Source: Moniliella sp. 'wahieum' (lineage: Eukaryota). From it: 64,000 nucleotides of DNA. The notes below the pieces were generated by a model. That model was not told the DNA's origin and did no database searches. It saw only the letters and a list, made by a program, of their open reading frames with translations. The stretch covers positions 744,001-808,000 of the forward strand of contig RSEE01000009.1 in assembly GCA_003971905.1 (NCBI GenBank). Direction: 5' to 3'. How positions within the stretch are numbered: position 1 is the first letter of the stretch; the number at the start of each line of letters is the position of its first letter. Positions 36,784-50,654 of the stretch are shown here, one piece after another. A program made the position numbers and the translations under genes.

Positions 36784-37516
36784 GGCGGGCAGGCCACCGA
36801 CGTCGGCGGTGGCGGGAGAGGAGAGGAGGGAGATGGCAGCTTGGAGCGAGTGGGGAGCAGAGCGGAGAGATGGAAGGACAGGTGAGGAAGGTTGGAAGCC
36901 AATCGGTCCACAAAGAGCAAGACCGAAAGGGCGTTCCCCTACGTTTCTTGCCTGTTCATGTTGGGAATGGATGAAGGGAAACGGAAAGACGCGAGCAGCG
37001 CACACCGGACCTGACTGCCCAGGCAAGCAGCAAGCAAGGGAGGAAGGAAGGAAGGCCACCCGCACAGCTGCCACAGCCCAGCGGTCCACCCAGCCCGCCC
37101 GCGCGGCAGAGGGGCAGTGATGCCTACCCTCAGGCAGCTGCCGTTGCTGCGCCCACCCGGGCCACCACTGCCCCCCTGCAGCCGGGCGGACGAGCCAGCC
37201 ACCTTCGGTTCAAACTGCCCAGATGCATTCCTTCCGCCAATACTGATTCCGCCCAGGGTCACTTGGCAGGCAGGCACTTCCTACCCCTCTCTCAGACGAC
37301 CACGTGACTCGCTGGCAAGCCAGTTCGCTGACAGAGGCAGGCTGGACAAGGCACAAAGGACCAGCTAGCCCCACCTACACCTGTCCCCAGAGTATATCCT
37401 GACCTGCTCGGCCGTGTTGAACTATCCCATGTACAAGTCGAGCCCATTAATGGGCAATGGGCCATCCGCAAGAGCTGTGGTGCATTCGTCTGATTACCTC
37501 GTTCTGCCTCCCAGCC

Positions 37517-39320
37517 TCAGATAGCCGGGTCAACCGGCATCGTCTGGAACGCCGGTGGCTGCACTGCTTGCACCATCTGCGGCGCCTGCCCTGACCCTGC
37601 GGCAGAAAAGATGAACAGGTTGTTGGTTGCCGCAATGGCGGCCGTGTGCTCGCGCGGTGGTAGGACGCATGGAGGATCTTTTGGTAAAGTCCACATTGTC
37701 TACATCCACTTGCGTCACCGGCCCCGGACCGGCTGTCTTGCCGCGGCCCTTGCCGCCCAGCTTCTTGTTCTTGAACGCACTCTTATCCGCCTGCAGCGTC
37801 ACCCCACTCGCGGCTGGGTCGGGCTGGTCCTTGTCAAAGATATGGAGGTAGTTGTGTAGGAACCCGTAAGGACTGCTTGTCGTCAGGGCCCCACAGCGCC
37901 TCAAACTTGTCAAAGATGCAGTCGTTCTCATACAGGTCACACAGCTTCGAGCGGATGTGCTCGTGGATTGGAATGGTAGCCACAGGGGCTCTGTCCATGT
38001 TGACGTCCCATACCTTGAGCGTGAGGTAGTCTCGCGACAACAGATAGCGGCCGTCGTGGGAGAACTTGACGTCGGATATACTGCTGATGATCTCGGAAAA
38101 GAAGGACTTGGACGCTGCATCCCCTTCCTCCTCCTCAAACAGCTTGGCGTGCTGGTCGCACAACGCTGAATCGCGCATGTCGGCCAGCTTGATAGTGCCC
38201 TTGGACGAGGAGTAGACAAAGTGGTTGCAATTGATCGGGTGGAACTCGGCCGCGGTGATCACCTCCGTCAACTCCTCCATATTGACGGGCTTGATGTCGA
38301 CCATGTTGAACGACTGATCGGATATGTTGAGATTCCACAGATTGATCCGCAGGTCATCTGCTGACATGTACGTTTCCGCATCAGAGTTGACCGAGATGGA
38401 GTTAACGTGGTAGGCGTGCGCGTTGGCATAGATCTTGCGCGGCACCGCCGCCACAATGGTGTCATGGACATTGATCCGGGGTAAGTGGAGGTGCATCCCA
38501 CTACCAGGAACTACACTCCCTGGGTCAACAAGCGTGCGGGTAGCGTACGCGCCAGGGGGGACAAAGCCCTGGGATAAGTTGTTCTCCGCCACCACCTGCA
38601 GAGACTTTTCAAACACCTTCCAAAGCTTGATTGTCTTGTCTGTCCATCAGAGGTTTACAGCGTTAGCAAGTGGGTTAAGCAGGTTGATGGAGCATGGGTG
38701 GAGGCGGGACAAAAAACCACCATTGGTGCTAAGCAAGAAATGGGCTGCGTTCTGCCTCCGGCACCACTTATCTTGTTGATTTTCTCTTCGATTTCAAGCG
38801 ACTTGAGGTAATCGAATTCAGGCTCGTGAGACTGGAACTCGGTGTAGAACTTGTACTCGCAGCCCTTCTTCTGTTTACTCCCGCAGTGTCAGTGATCCAA
38901 CTCTTGTTTCTCGATCTCATCACCCTCTCTGACTGTTCCTCCCTCCTTGGGCAGAGGCTATTCCGGGCAAAAAGCAGACCAAGACGGCAAGCACGTACCG
39001 AGTCATTGCGCTCGAATAGGACCACACGTCCTCCCTTGTCACCAGTAGCAAGGTAGTCGCCAGTGTGGTCAAACTCAACAGCAGAGATGATATCGGCTGG
39101 GGCCAGGAGACAAAAAAAGAGTCACATGTTAGTCATTCATGGGAGCTGATATGCCATGCTCTCCTACGCTGCGCTGGCCTCAACCGATGGAAGAGAGGCA
39201 GCGTGCAAGGTGGGGAAGGGAGCAAGTGTGACAAAACGCACCCTCGGTGATCTCCTTGACCTCGCCTTTGTCGCCAAAGCATTGGGCAAAGCGCCAGCCA
39301 GCATCGGGGTCGCTCGCCAT
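37517..39320 (-). CDS. CDC55: PP2A regulatory subunit B55 (Cdc55/Pab1)
   Basis: [93 protein letters not shown]. Introns 39097-39241, 38871-38998 and 38640-38720. Frameshifts present. Confidence 0.95.
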
Positions 39321-41725
39321 CGTCCCACCTCGAGGTAGAGCACAGTACTGGCAGGGGGGCGGGAGAGCGGAAGGGGGGAGGGGGTTACTTCGGGAGAGGG
39401 GGGGACAGGGAGAGGGGTGGAAGTGGCAGTGGCAGTGGCGGTGGCGGTGGTGGCGGCGGGGGGGGTGGTGGTGATGGTGGTGATGGCTGGGCTCTGTCCG
39501 CCTGACGCGTGCGTTCGAGCCCAGGCGCTGGGGCTGGGCTGCGCTAGGCTGGCCGCCTGGCAGACTCGGTCTGGGTTGGGGCAGTGTCGGGGCGCCTCCT
39601 CCGCCCCTCCGCCCCTCCGCCAATCCGCCACACTCTCCTGGCGCGAGGACGGGCCGTGGCGCTCGACACTCGCCCCGCGCTGGCCCAGCCGTTGGAGGCT
39701 GCCCCTGTGCGCTTGGCTCTGGGCCAACCCTACCGTGCGAGAGCCTCTTTGCTGCTCTGCACGTCGCACGGACCCAAGAATTTCATTTTTGTTTGCCCAG
39801 TGCCGCCGGGGTGGGCACAGGTGTGGAGAGCCAGCAGTAACTAGTAATAGCAGCCACCGTGTGAATATAAAAGGTAACCCCCATATGCCCGCCCACAAGT
39901 CAGTCAGTTGCTCCACCCTCCCATCCACCGCTCGCTCATCACGCTCCCCTTCGACATGTCCTTGTCAGCCTCCGCGACGGTGCGTATCGAGTATCGGCAA
40001 TGCCACCATCCCATACTACGGTATTATCCAAATGACGATGTCACAGTCCCAGTCGCGTGCAGTGAGAAGCTTCAAGGAACTGTCTCATCGTGTTTTTTTC
40101 GCCACCTTCATCCCGCGTCAAATAGGTCAGAGAGGCTGATTATTGGGGCGTATCAAGTGTAGGATAATGGTGTACGCAAGACTCTCCGTATTTCGATCTG
40201 CGCAACTGGCCTTCCTCTTCTTGGTGACATGTGACAACCATTATACAATGCCACGAAACCCGGTTTTAGATTTTGAAGCAGTGTGTGTGTGGATTCATTT
40301 TCCGGAAGGCAACAGAGGGAATATTACACCCTTTTGCTATACACATGTATGCTAGAATGGGGGATCTCCTTCTCATTACCACACTCTCTCTTTTGGCATC
40401 ATATTACTGCGTAGAGCAAACCATATCCCTTCATGCATCGCGTGAAGAAGAGAGGCATGGAACAGGGGTGGGCCGGTATGAAGTGCGTGTCCAGCTTGCT
40501 CTCGAAAAAAAGAGAAGTGATGGGAGGGGGACGTGCCGGGGCGGCTCACACACAAAGGGGTCGAAGAAAAGCTAGAACAGGGTCATTTGCACAGCCGGTG
40601 GGTATATTTTGCGTGTGCGTGACCTGTCAAGGTACGGATGAGATCGATGAGGTGCCAGAACAAGATTGAAAGAAGGGTGGGATCTACAGCATAGTAAAGG
40701 ACAAAGTGCTTGGCCTCTGTTCTGTCAAGCTTCAATCCCGCTGCATAGTGATTGGCCGCAGCAGGTGAAGGGTTCTCTTAAGGCTAGGCGCAGCAGTTCC
40801 GAAGCTTCATACCGTTGCATTATGCATAGTCGCTCCTGACCCTCTAGGGGAAGTACATCCGTGGCATGTGTAAAAAGTTGCCCACGCTGACTCCCGCTCA
40901 CTTGTCTAGCACAGAGTTGGCATGTGCTTCGATGAGATCGCCTCCGAATTGCTATTAGGCTTGGTGCCCTCTGGATAATCGGCCAACGGGAGCGCCCCAG
41001 AACTAAATTGTGTCAAGAACATCAAGCTAGTGCCAACAGAAGGGGCGCTCAAAATCCATTATATCCCTTGTTGGTCTGCATGACGCGGAGACGCGTGAGT
41101 ACTATATGCCACACCATCACTAAAAACTGAACACCGGAAATGTGCCTTAATCCTACTTTGAAGAAGCCTTAACGTGAAGGCGGATTTGGAGCTGATCCAA
41201 TAGGATCCCTGAGTGCTCCCAAATCGCACTCTAACACAACGGCAGTGTACAATTCCTACCGGATGGCATGAGAGGTTCTGGCTTGGCAGGGGGGTGCACA
41301 GCCTGTAGGTTCCCAATATTCAGTCTCTCGACCGAATGATTAATGAGGAGCCAGTTTATGTGCTTTGGGCAATGCCCTTTCTCCTGTGACAGTCACCTTA
41401 ATTTCCACGCCACTCGCCACTACAGGTACGCAGCCAGTTCGGGCTATAGTAGAAACAGACCACGTTCCTACTTGTCTACTCTCCTTTACGCTTCAGGTCC
41501 TATTGATCCAAGCTGGATGGGAAGCATAGTCAAGAAGCTAAGCCCCGCAACGTTGGGCCCGTGGGCAAGAGATTGTAAGGTTCTACATCGCGCGGTGCTA
41601 GAAGGGTACATTGCATATGTATAACGAACCCCTCCTAGTCGGGGAACAAAAGGCAGAGGGAGGCGGAGACAAAGGGCCCAAGAAGGCGGCAAAAAAACGA
41701 AATGCGCACACAAACGATGAAAACG

Positions 41726-43320
41726 TCAGGGAATGATGAAAGCGGGAGGAAAGAGACAGATATGTGATGGGATCAGTAGGGTATGGCACGGAGGCTTCAA
41801 TGTTGGGCATATGCCCATGCACGAGGCGCATCGTCGTGGAGGATCGGGTACGATTTGGCAGATTCGGAAGAACGTGGCGCGGCAGAGGCGACGGCAGAAG
41901 ACGGGAGTGGAGGTAAGTGATAAGATCGTACGGGGGGGTAAACATGTGTCTCCATCGCCACTGGACGGGTAGTAGAGGGGGTGGTCCTGTGCATTGGGCG
42001 TGGGCGGTAGAAAGGAGGGAGAGATGGGAGTGTGGGGTCTGTGTCCCACCCGGCGCACTAGGCGGTGTAGGGGTGGATCCGCGGGGGCTGGAATAGTAGG
42101 GCGACGAGTGGGAAGCCCAACGAGAAGGTGGGGGAAGGGTAGGGTGGGGGAAGCACGGTGAGTCGGGCGCGCATAGTAACTGTCTTCCTCACCCAGCGAT
42201 CCCAAGTGGCCAGAGCCGGACACGGTGCGCATGGGCTTGGGTAGATGGGGGAAGAGTGAAGGTGGGACGCATGCGTTGGGCCCCCACGGGTGTAAGGGTG
42301 TGGTAGGTTTCGGCCATGAGGCGAGAAGGAGGTTGGAGCCAATCCTGGGGGTGCACGGGAGTGGATGGGTGGGCCAGTAGGCAACGGTGAAGCGACCATA
42401 GGAGGCTCATGGGTAGACACTGACGGGATGGCTTGAATCTTGGCGGAACTGGAGGGAGGGAAGGGGAGGCCAAGGAGGCAGGAATCAGAGCCGTCTTTTG
42501 AACCAGATCGTTGCCTTCCCCCGATAATGCGGGATGCCATTACTGTCGACCTCAATACGCGGGGGCACACGAAAGTGCTTTTCGTTAAGAAACATGGGTG
42601 ATATACTAAGCGAGAAAAATTCGGGCATGGACGATGGTGCACGCAACTTGCCGCTGCACACATCCTCTAACGAGTAGTAGGAGATCAAGTGGTGTGTGGT
42701 GCCATCAACCTCAAGTGAAATGGTCTGGAAAAATAGTCAGGAGGCGAAGCAGATATGTGGAAACCGGGTACACACCTTCTTGCAAAGACCCTTTTCAACA
42801 AAGGGATAGGAAGTGTTGAGGCTCCCAACCAAGCTGCGCTGTAGGTCCGACTTGCGCCGCTGTGTCGCATCCTTCGAGGTAGTGGCGGGCGAGCGGGCTT
42901 GCATGGCCGCAAGGCCTGAATCAAGACTGGTGGAACGGTCACGGGCAGCTTGGAGCTCAAGCTCGGCAGGGGTAGGAGCTAGGTCTGAATTAGCTGTACC
43001 CGGGCGTGGGGCTACGTCATTGTGGTATTGAAGCGAGGCAGCCTCGTTGGAGACGCGGCGGTTGATTTGACGGTAAACAAGGAAGTTATGGAGGATGCGG
43101 CTGGGGCTCCAGAGGCCATCGGTCCAGCGCTTGATGCCACTTTGACGCTCGTCAAAAACAAAATCTGGCCACTGCGAATAAGGCGTTTGCGCTCGTCCTG
43201 CTTGAGACGGCGGTATACTTTGGGGATGTGGCCCCGCTGAGCAGCCTCGAAGAGGAGGAGAGCGTCCTGGGTGGTGGCGGCATAGCCTTGCCAGCTGCTC
43301 TGGAGGACGGCTTCTGGCAT
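41726..43320 (-). CDS. Gti1/Pac2 (WOPR-domain) transcription factor; 3' end uncertain
   Basis: WQGYAATTQDALLLFEAAQRGHIPKVYRRLKQDER..IRSG, FVFDERQSGIKRWTDGL-WSPSRILHNFLVYRQ (WOPRa). GLCKK/TISLEVDGTTHHLISYYSLEDVCSGKLRAPSS (WOPRb) across intron 42725-42775. Pro/His-rich C-terminus with frameshifts. Confidence 0.9.
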
Positions 43321-43989
43321 TGGGCGCAGGTGGGGCTAAGGCGGAGGGGGAAGGTGAAGAAAGAGGTGGAGGGAGAGATGGAGATGGAGATGGAGATGGA
43401 AGGGGACGGTGGGGAAGAACGACAGCCAGTAGTACATAAAATGTTCTCACGCACGCAGCAACCTCTCAAAAGTCGGAGGTAGATAGTGGCCTGTGAATAT
43501 GTAAGTTGCATGTGAATTGTGACACATGAAGGTGCGGAGGGCAGTGCGTGTGATGTATAACGCGTGACGGCACCAACACATCATCGATCGGTAGCCAACT
43601 AGTCAATCAATTATAGCAATCATCAACGTGTTCACGTTCAAGCTGCTCAAAGTTCGCGCTCACCGCCACGCGCCACGCACCACGCTCGTGCAGAAGGCAT
43701 CGCAGGCGGCAGCTTGCTTGCCAACAATTGTCAATTTTACTCCGACCTCTGAGATCTGACACATGTTTGCGCTTCAGGACCAGAGCATGCGGCAGGCCAT
43801 CGGCGTCGGCCGCCAGACACCGCTGCGTAGGCGCTTTCGACAAAGGACCGGAGAGTCTGATCGATGATCCAAGGATCCAGAACCAGTGGTGCACCAAAAC
43901 GCTCAGGCGCTCAGGGCCAGCCTGGGCCAGCGTGGGAGCCGAGCAAGACAGGCCATCAAAGTTGGCTCACTTTGGAGTGGGGGGTGTGT

Positions 43990-46900
43990 GATGGGCTCCT
44001 CACGCGTCACGCGCACGAAACACTACGTTCTAAGTTTACGCTATTTACTAAACCGGTTAAACGTTAAAACGCTAAACACTAAGTACGTTAAACGTTAAGC
44101 GTTAACCACTGCGATCGTTGGAGCATCTGCGGGAACCTCCGGAGCAGACTGGTACCCCGCTCAGCTGAAGCGTACGCGCGAAGCACTGGAGCAGCTGGAA
44201 CACAGCCAGAGAGGGCAAGAGCATGCTGCAGGTTGCCTCTAGGAACAGACTCAATGCTAATAAGCGCTTCGGTGGTACGAGCTAGCGTGCGGTTCCAGTA
44301 CGCGCTACGCATTATGCGCGTGCAGGGGTCCCGGGTAGAGAAATGTACGTTTTCTGCGCCGCCGCTTGTTGATAGTGTTGAACGTTGAATATACGTGCGC
44401 GTGAAGCTTCAAGTGAAGCTTGAGCTTAAAGTTTAAGCCAGCGGCTAGTGAAGCTAGTGACTTGCGAAGCTTGAAGTTTGAAGCTCTTGAAGCTTGAAGC
44501 TTGAAGCTTGAAAGCTACAGCGCTAGGCGCTAGAGGTTAATGTAATCCATGGACCCTTGTGGACCCCGAGTCGTTTGCCGTTGGGGATTTGCTCCCACGA
44601 TGCACGATCCCACGCCCCACCTGCCCCACCATATACTGTGGACCGGCACCTGCCTGTACCGGTCACCGGTCACCCCTGTTATATGATCATCGGTTCGTAA
44701 CGCAGTCACCTGGAGCGCCTGAGCAGCCGCTCTCCAGTTCAGGTGTACATGTCACGCATGCCATAACCGCCTCATTAATTCGACAAGCTTATTGAATTCA
44801 AGCTCAAGCTTTAAGCTCAAGCACTGCTCAAGTTGAGCCTCAAGCTGCTCAGCCTGAGCGCTCAGGTCAAGCTCAAGGTTCAACTTGAATTTCAACACGT
44901 TCAACGTTAACGTTCACTTGAACTTCAAGCTGCAAGCTTCACGCGTCACACGTCACGCGTCACGCTGCTCAAGCTCCCAAGCTTCAAGTGAAGCTTCAAA
45001 TCCAGCAATGCATCATGCATCATGCATTATGCGCATCGTGTGAGCAGCTGGAGCAGGACTGAGCGCACCGAGCGGCTCAGGCTGAGCTCAGCTCTGGGCT
45101 CTGGGCTCCAAATTTCCGACACCCAATCATTTACATCACTACTAGTCAGTACTCAGTTACTCAGTCCCAATTAAGGCTCGAGTCAAACCCCTGGCCTCCT
45201 TCGGCCCCTGTTACTTGTTGCAGCAAACCCCAAAAAATGCATGGAACAAAAGCACAAAAAATGTGGCAGTTCTGGCTGCTCTGGCGCTGTTTCCGGTTGC
45301 CTGTCACATGCATGTCACATGTCGTGCATCCCCCATGTTCATGCCAATCACTTACACCCCACGTCACACGTCACCGCGTCCAACGTGTGATTTACTGATT
45401 ATTGGACTGGCTCCCCAACTAAGCGATATGCCTTTAATGGGCATAGCAGGGCATATGTGTAGCCCCTATATGCAAGATACTAGATGGCCATACAAGCCGG
45501 CCCCACCTGTCTTCTCGGAGCTGACGCGCTAACGTGTGTGACATGTGACACAGCGTTGTCCATCTTATTTCCGTGTCCACATCCCCGCATCCCGCAATTG
45601 CATTAAACACGCCAACCATTTACTATTCATCGAATTCATCTCTCAGCCACAATAAGACCACAGTGTAGAATTTATATGTTGTGCATCTCCCCGGGTTGCC
45701 GTAACGCGTAACGCGTAAGCCCTGTGATCTTATGTTTGACTTTTGACTGGAAAGCTGCTTGAGCTCGAGCTTCCTCGAGCTTTCTCATGCCTTTTTACTG
45801 AGCCAAAGTTTGAGCTTTCCGTCCAGCGTTGTTGCGCTGCGTATACTGTTCTGCCACTCTTTCTCCCCTGTGCACCCTACATGGAATCGATAACAACCGT
45901 GCCTGGACAAGCTTGACAACCCTGGCGGGCCTTGGCAGCCTGAGATGTGGTCGCATCCCGATGTCAAGGTTAAGCGGAACGGCAATCAAGGACTTTGGAT
46001 ATCAATAGACGATATAAGGATTGAATACTGTGGTGAGCGAAATAGTGCCCGTGTGTTGTTCACCCAAATCCGCTCGAGGGGGTGGGTCATTATTTTGGGA
46101 TGCAGTAGAGGGCCTTCTTTTTCCAATTGGAAAGCAACAGGCTATTAGATCCAAGCACGTGCAGGGGAGGTCACCTCTCCCAAGGATGCCCCGTACTAGT
46201 ACCTACATACGGATTCCCCACAGCCCTCAGAGACCCCCCCCCCCCACCCGTGCCGCGTGCCGCGCGTTCTAAGAAGTAACATGTAAGCTCTGCAAGCTCT
46301 AAGATCAACAAAAGGTGAGAACTGATCGATGATCGATCGACGCGGAGCAGCGAAAACGCCACCAGTAGCCGGTAGCCGGTAGCCGGTAGCCGGTAAACGG
46401 TTAAGCTTTAAACGTTAGCGTACGTTAAAAACACGGTTCACATGTTCACATCGAGCATCCGTGTACACCCCGACATGTCAACAACTGAATCTGCATGCAC
46501 AGGTCGTGCGCATGAAACAAGTCATCCTCTGCATGTAGATGCATGATGCATGATGCATGATGCATGGACGGTGGTATGTATGCACCACTTGTGCTTCGCA
46601 AGCGCGAGGAGCAGCTTATGCTTTCCTGCCATTAGAACACGCATCTGTATTTTAGCGGCACGTATATAGCGCGTAGACCTTGGCGCTTAGCCTATAATGA
46701 AACACATTTAAGGCTTCGTTAAAGTGATTCTTACTGTAGTGTTTCGAGTACTTAAACGTTAAACGTTAAGCGTAGCTCTTAGTTCTTAGTTCTAGTTCTT
46801 AGTACTCATTAGGACTTTCCTCTTCACAATTTGCAGCGTAGCCCGCCGGAGATAGACGATCATCGATCACTGATCACTGATCATCGATCATCGATCATCT
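43990..46900. repeat. Densest field of mixed 7-bp-period quasi-palindromic microrepeats (upstream of the WOPR gene)
   Basis: (CTTGAAG)x3 44486-44506, (TGTGACA)x2 45537-45550, (CGTAACG)x2 45700-45713, (GGTAGCC)x3 46371-46391, (ATGCATG)x4 46539-46566. Also GTTAAAC arrays at 44056-44104 and 46751-46770, CGTCACG at 44937-44964, GATCATC at 46858-46898. Confidence 0.9.
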
Positions 46901-47449
46901 CTAATTTCTATATCGGAGTGGGCACAGAATCCGCTAAAAACCCTATTGCTCGCCGACCTGCACGTGACGGGTGGGTGGGGGCTGATTACGCCAACAATCG
47001 ATCGGGCATATGACAAGAGTCGCGTAGTCGCATCGACGCGTCCCTCCACTACGTTAAAATGCCCCCCCCCCCCGTGCTCACTGGCGGTTCCCCATTGCCG
47101 CACCAACGCCCACACTCGCGCACAGTGTCCCTCCCATCCACGCCGAGAGTTGTAGTGTCATGCCCTCGCCCTGGTCACAAGACTGCCGACTGTCCACAAT
47201 GCTTATGTTTTGCAAGACGGATGACCACCCGACGCGTCTCTGCCCTGCCCCTAGCTCCGTTCGGATCCTCCAATGATCGGGAAGGATGGATGAAGGATGA
47301 TCGGTGGTACCGAGGATGGTGGGCTCGATCCATGCAACATGAATTACGACGACCCTGTCACAGGCGGGCCCTGCCAGGGGGCTCGCCCAGGTTTGTGGGG
47401 TACAATCCCTTATAGGTGACGGAAGGACGACTCACGGTAGTGTCGGGCT

Positions 47450-48700
47450 CGGGCTACTTGGTGGATCCGGGGGAAGCTAAGGACGAGGAGGGGCCTTGGG
47501 GCGTGAAGCCGAGGCGGCTGCAGTGTGACAGAAGGCGGCGTATGCACCCGCTTGGGCCGTAGTAACGTGTGTGAAGCCCCTCGTACTTACCGGACGGGTA
47601 GAGGTAGTGGAGGACAAATACTACCAGAGCTGAGGCTGGGCAGGGGCTGCTGTCAACGTGACCGGAAAAGGAACCCACAGGGCGGATGGAAAGGTAGATG
47701 GTGAGGTTGGAAGATGAAGAAGAGGCAGCTAAGTGGGCCGGGGGTTGTCTGTACTGAATCAATTGGCTGTGTGGAAACAGTCAGGAGTTGGACAGGGAGG
47801 CGGGAAGGGACAAGAATGGACGGTGGAGAAAGGATCCCCATGTCGAAGATGCTGACTGTCGGTTGACCCTTTAATTATTGGTAACCCCCTCCTGTCGCCG
47901 CCCATCGTACTGGCATAGATGTTGACAAGAGCAAAGCAGATGACGCTGCAAAGGGTGCGAAGGTACAGAATATCATCCGATAGCACTTCCTCGTGCGTTA
48001 TATATGGGAGGGAATTAACAAATTGCAAGGTACCGGGTAGCCTTGAAGAGTAAACGAGAAGAATGGAGAGGGGAAAATGTCGGCAAGCGTAAGGAAGAGT
48101 CTTCTACACAGTATAACTGGAAGGCGAGTCAGAGGATTATTAAGGGGAGGAGAGGACGTGTCCTGATTTGGACTGTCGGGGAAGGAGAGGATGCTGGGAG
48201 GACACAAGCCGGACAGGAATGAAAGGGAGGAAGGCGCATCACACAGAAAAGGACAACATAGGCTCCAAATCGGAGATGCTTCAACAGCAAGATCGTCGGA
48301 GGGACCTTTGAAGGTCGGACGAATTGTTCCACCCTTTGTTGATGACGATAAGAAACGGCGATGGTTATTGGCACAGTGGATGTTGCGTGGGTAATCCTTT
48401 ACGGGCTGGCTCCCAAAGAAACGGTGCTCCAAAATGCTGCTGGGCCGTGATGCACTTTCTTTTGGGGTCGAGTTCAACAATTAAAAAGTTGATGAGACGG
48501 ACAAGGTCTTTGAACGAAAAATCATACTACAACATGTATTGTGCTTGGTCGTTGTCGCTGTGCTTGAGCAAAATGGGGTGTGATGGACGAGCTTTTGGTG
48601 ATGCGCACGGAATATAGCGTTTTGGGAGAAGAAGAGTGCCTCTCGCTTCTCGGGCGACCGGCGATCCAAAATACAGTCGGGCATCCCCCTAGCGCGTTCT
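47450..48700 (-). mobile_element. Possible highly decayed Ty3/gypsy pol remnant
   Basis: Degenerate look-alikes in pol order: PFCSSTATTT..SMIFR (cf. PFGLxNAPATF..NxIF), AVEASPIW (cf. ETDAS), PSGKYEGLHTRYYGPSGCI (cf. integrase KL..xGP[YF]). No intact motif, so this is weak. Confidence 0.3.
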
Positions 48701-49884
48701 GAAGCTCAGACGAGAGAGGGAAGTGTCGCTCTGGTCAAATTCCGGTGCCTCTGGGTTTGGCACTTATGGGCATACGCCTCTTGATTGGACCAGGATACAT
48801 TCCCCTCAGGCCCTAAAGGGTGTATGGCCCTAGCTATAGTCAGCTGCCTCAGAGGAGGGAGCATTGGCTCCATCAGGGCCGACATTGCTCATCTTTTGAC
48901 ATACGTCTATAGCAGGTAATAATACATGTGGGATTGGGGCTCGGTACATGTCGTGTTTATCACTCGTGTTGCATGGTAATGCGATCTGTACGTCTATATA
49001 CTTTTGACATAAAAGGCCATCATAAATGAATGCACGCGTCTCTCGTCATGGAAAACATGCAAATACGACTGGCTTTTGAGGTGGACCATCAGCGCGCGCT
49101 AATAGGGCGCAACTTGGGAACACTTGGGGTCCTATGGGAGAGATTAGCTGTAAAGCAGCCCTCATCAGACAAAAGCCGTGGAGGTAAAGTGGTGAAGAGC
49201 CACATACGTCTTCTGATTGTTAAGCACATCCAATTGCAAAAGGAGCAATCATAGGTCAAGAAAGGTAACAGATGTGCACCTTCAGACAAAAAGGCGTTAA
49301 GCCAAAGTGAGGAGCCCAAGTCTTCGAGCAAAACATTTGAATGGGGAAAGAAACATCAGGAGACAAAGAGGAGATGGGGAGCCAAACAGGGGGTGCGCAG
49401 CCTGGAAGCACAGAACTCATCCATCCAAATAAGTCAGCGTCACTCTCCGATCAACTCAAGGACCGTGCACAGGGGAACCCTCGCCCTACCCTCTCACATC
49501 CACTGGCGCACCCCATCATGGGGATTGGAGATGTTGGGGCTGCACCAGCTCCGACGATGCCGACAAGTCGTGTTGCCTCTCAGATCTCAGAGGCACATTG
49601 TCCGCGAACGCGTAAAATAATCTAAAGGGCGCTGAAAGTCAATCTGCCTCGTCCTCCACGCCCTTGGCATATTCCTCATGATCGGGACATAATATGTTGT
49701 TGGGGAGACGTCTCATGACAACGGCCACAGCAACACCAATATACAGTGGAGACGGGCGATGTTCACCCGAACGTTCGTTCACAGGATGTTCAGGACGCTT
49801 TTATTAGGAGGCTGCATTGTCTGGGTCATAGCAGACCATATCCTTCTCCCGATTGATCGGCGCCCAGCTGAGACAGCCACACCA

Positions 49885-50325
49885 GGCGATGCATGATGCA
49901 TGATGGTTCCCATTCTGCAACGCCGTGGTGCTCTCCCGGCACAGCAGGTTCAACGTTCGCGACGTTCGCGACGTTTTGACGCGTTAACGTGTTAACCGCC
50001 TTGCAATCGAAGGTCCGACCGAGAGAGGTGGGGTTTTTGTAGTCAGCCGGTCAGGCCCGGTCATCAGTCACGTGTCCTGTGGCTGACCCGGCTGCCCAGT
50101 TCCGCTACGCGTTGCACGCTGAAGGACTGCGTGGACCTGGCGCGCAAGCCATGCGGACCTGGCGGATCCGGAGCAGACGGACGAAGCGACGGGCTGGGAC
50201 AGCCAAGGGCGGTCACCGGTCACCGGTCATGCATCATGCATGCTGGTGAGCGGAGGACCCGGGGGCACACTGCGCCCGAGCTGCAGGCAGCGGTCATCGA
50301 TCTGATCTCAGAGAGCATCATGCAT
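49885..50325. repeat. Cluster of 7-bp-period microrepeats upstream of PTC7
   Basis: gatgcatgatgcatgatg (49888), gttcaacgttc (49948), (GGTCACC)x2 50211-50224 running directly into tcatgcatcatgcatg. Confidence 0.8.
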
Positions 50326-50654
50326 GGCGGCGGCGCGGAGGCATGGGGCGGGTGTGCACTACCGCCGCAAACCAAACTTTGTGGATGCGCCGTTAAGCGA
50401 TGCTCGATACGCGCCGCTGGAACGGCCCATTGGCGGGCAGGCTGGGACAGCACGGAACTGTGCCGCGTGCTGGCAGCGTCGCACCCGGTACGGCCCCTTG
50501 CCTCTGCTTGTCTGCGCCCGCCCGCCGCATTTTTTTTCGGGTCCCCTTGCCGGCGACGGCCGTAGCGGCTGCGGCGGCTGCGACCCCCACCGCCACCTCC
50601 TCCTCCTGCCCCACCACCCTCGCCTCTCCTGCGCGCCCGGTGCGCCCCGCCCCG

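Noticed and set aside
43990..46900. Repeat-rich region as a CRISPR array or restriction-site polylinker/vector contamination
   Set aside because: No constant repeat with unique spacers, and the context is eukaryotic. The hexamer sites are tandemly repeated, decayed and dispersed through many promoters, unlike a synthetic linker.
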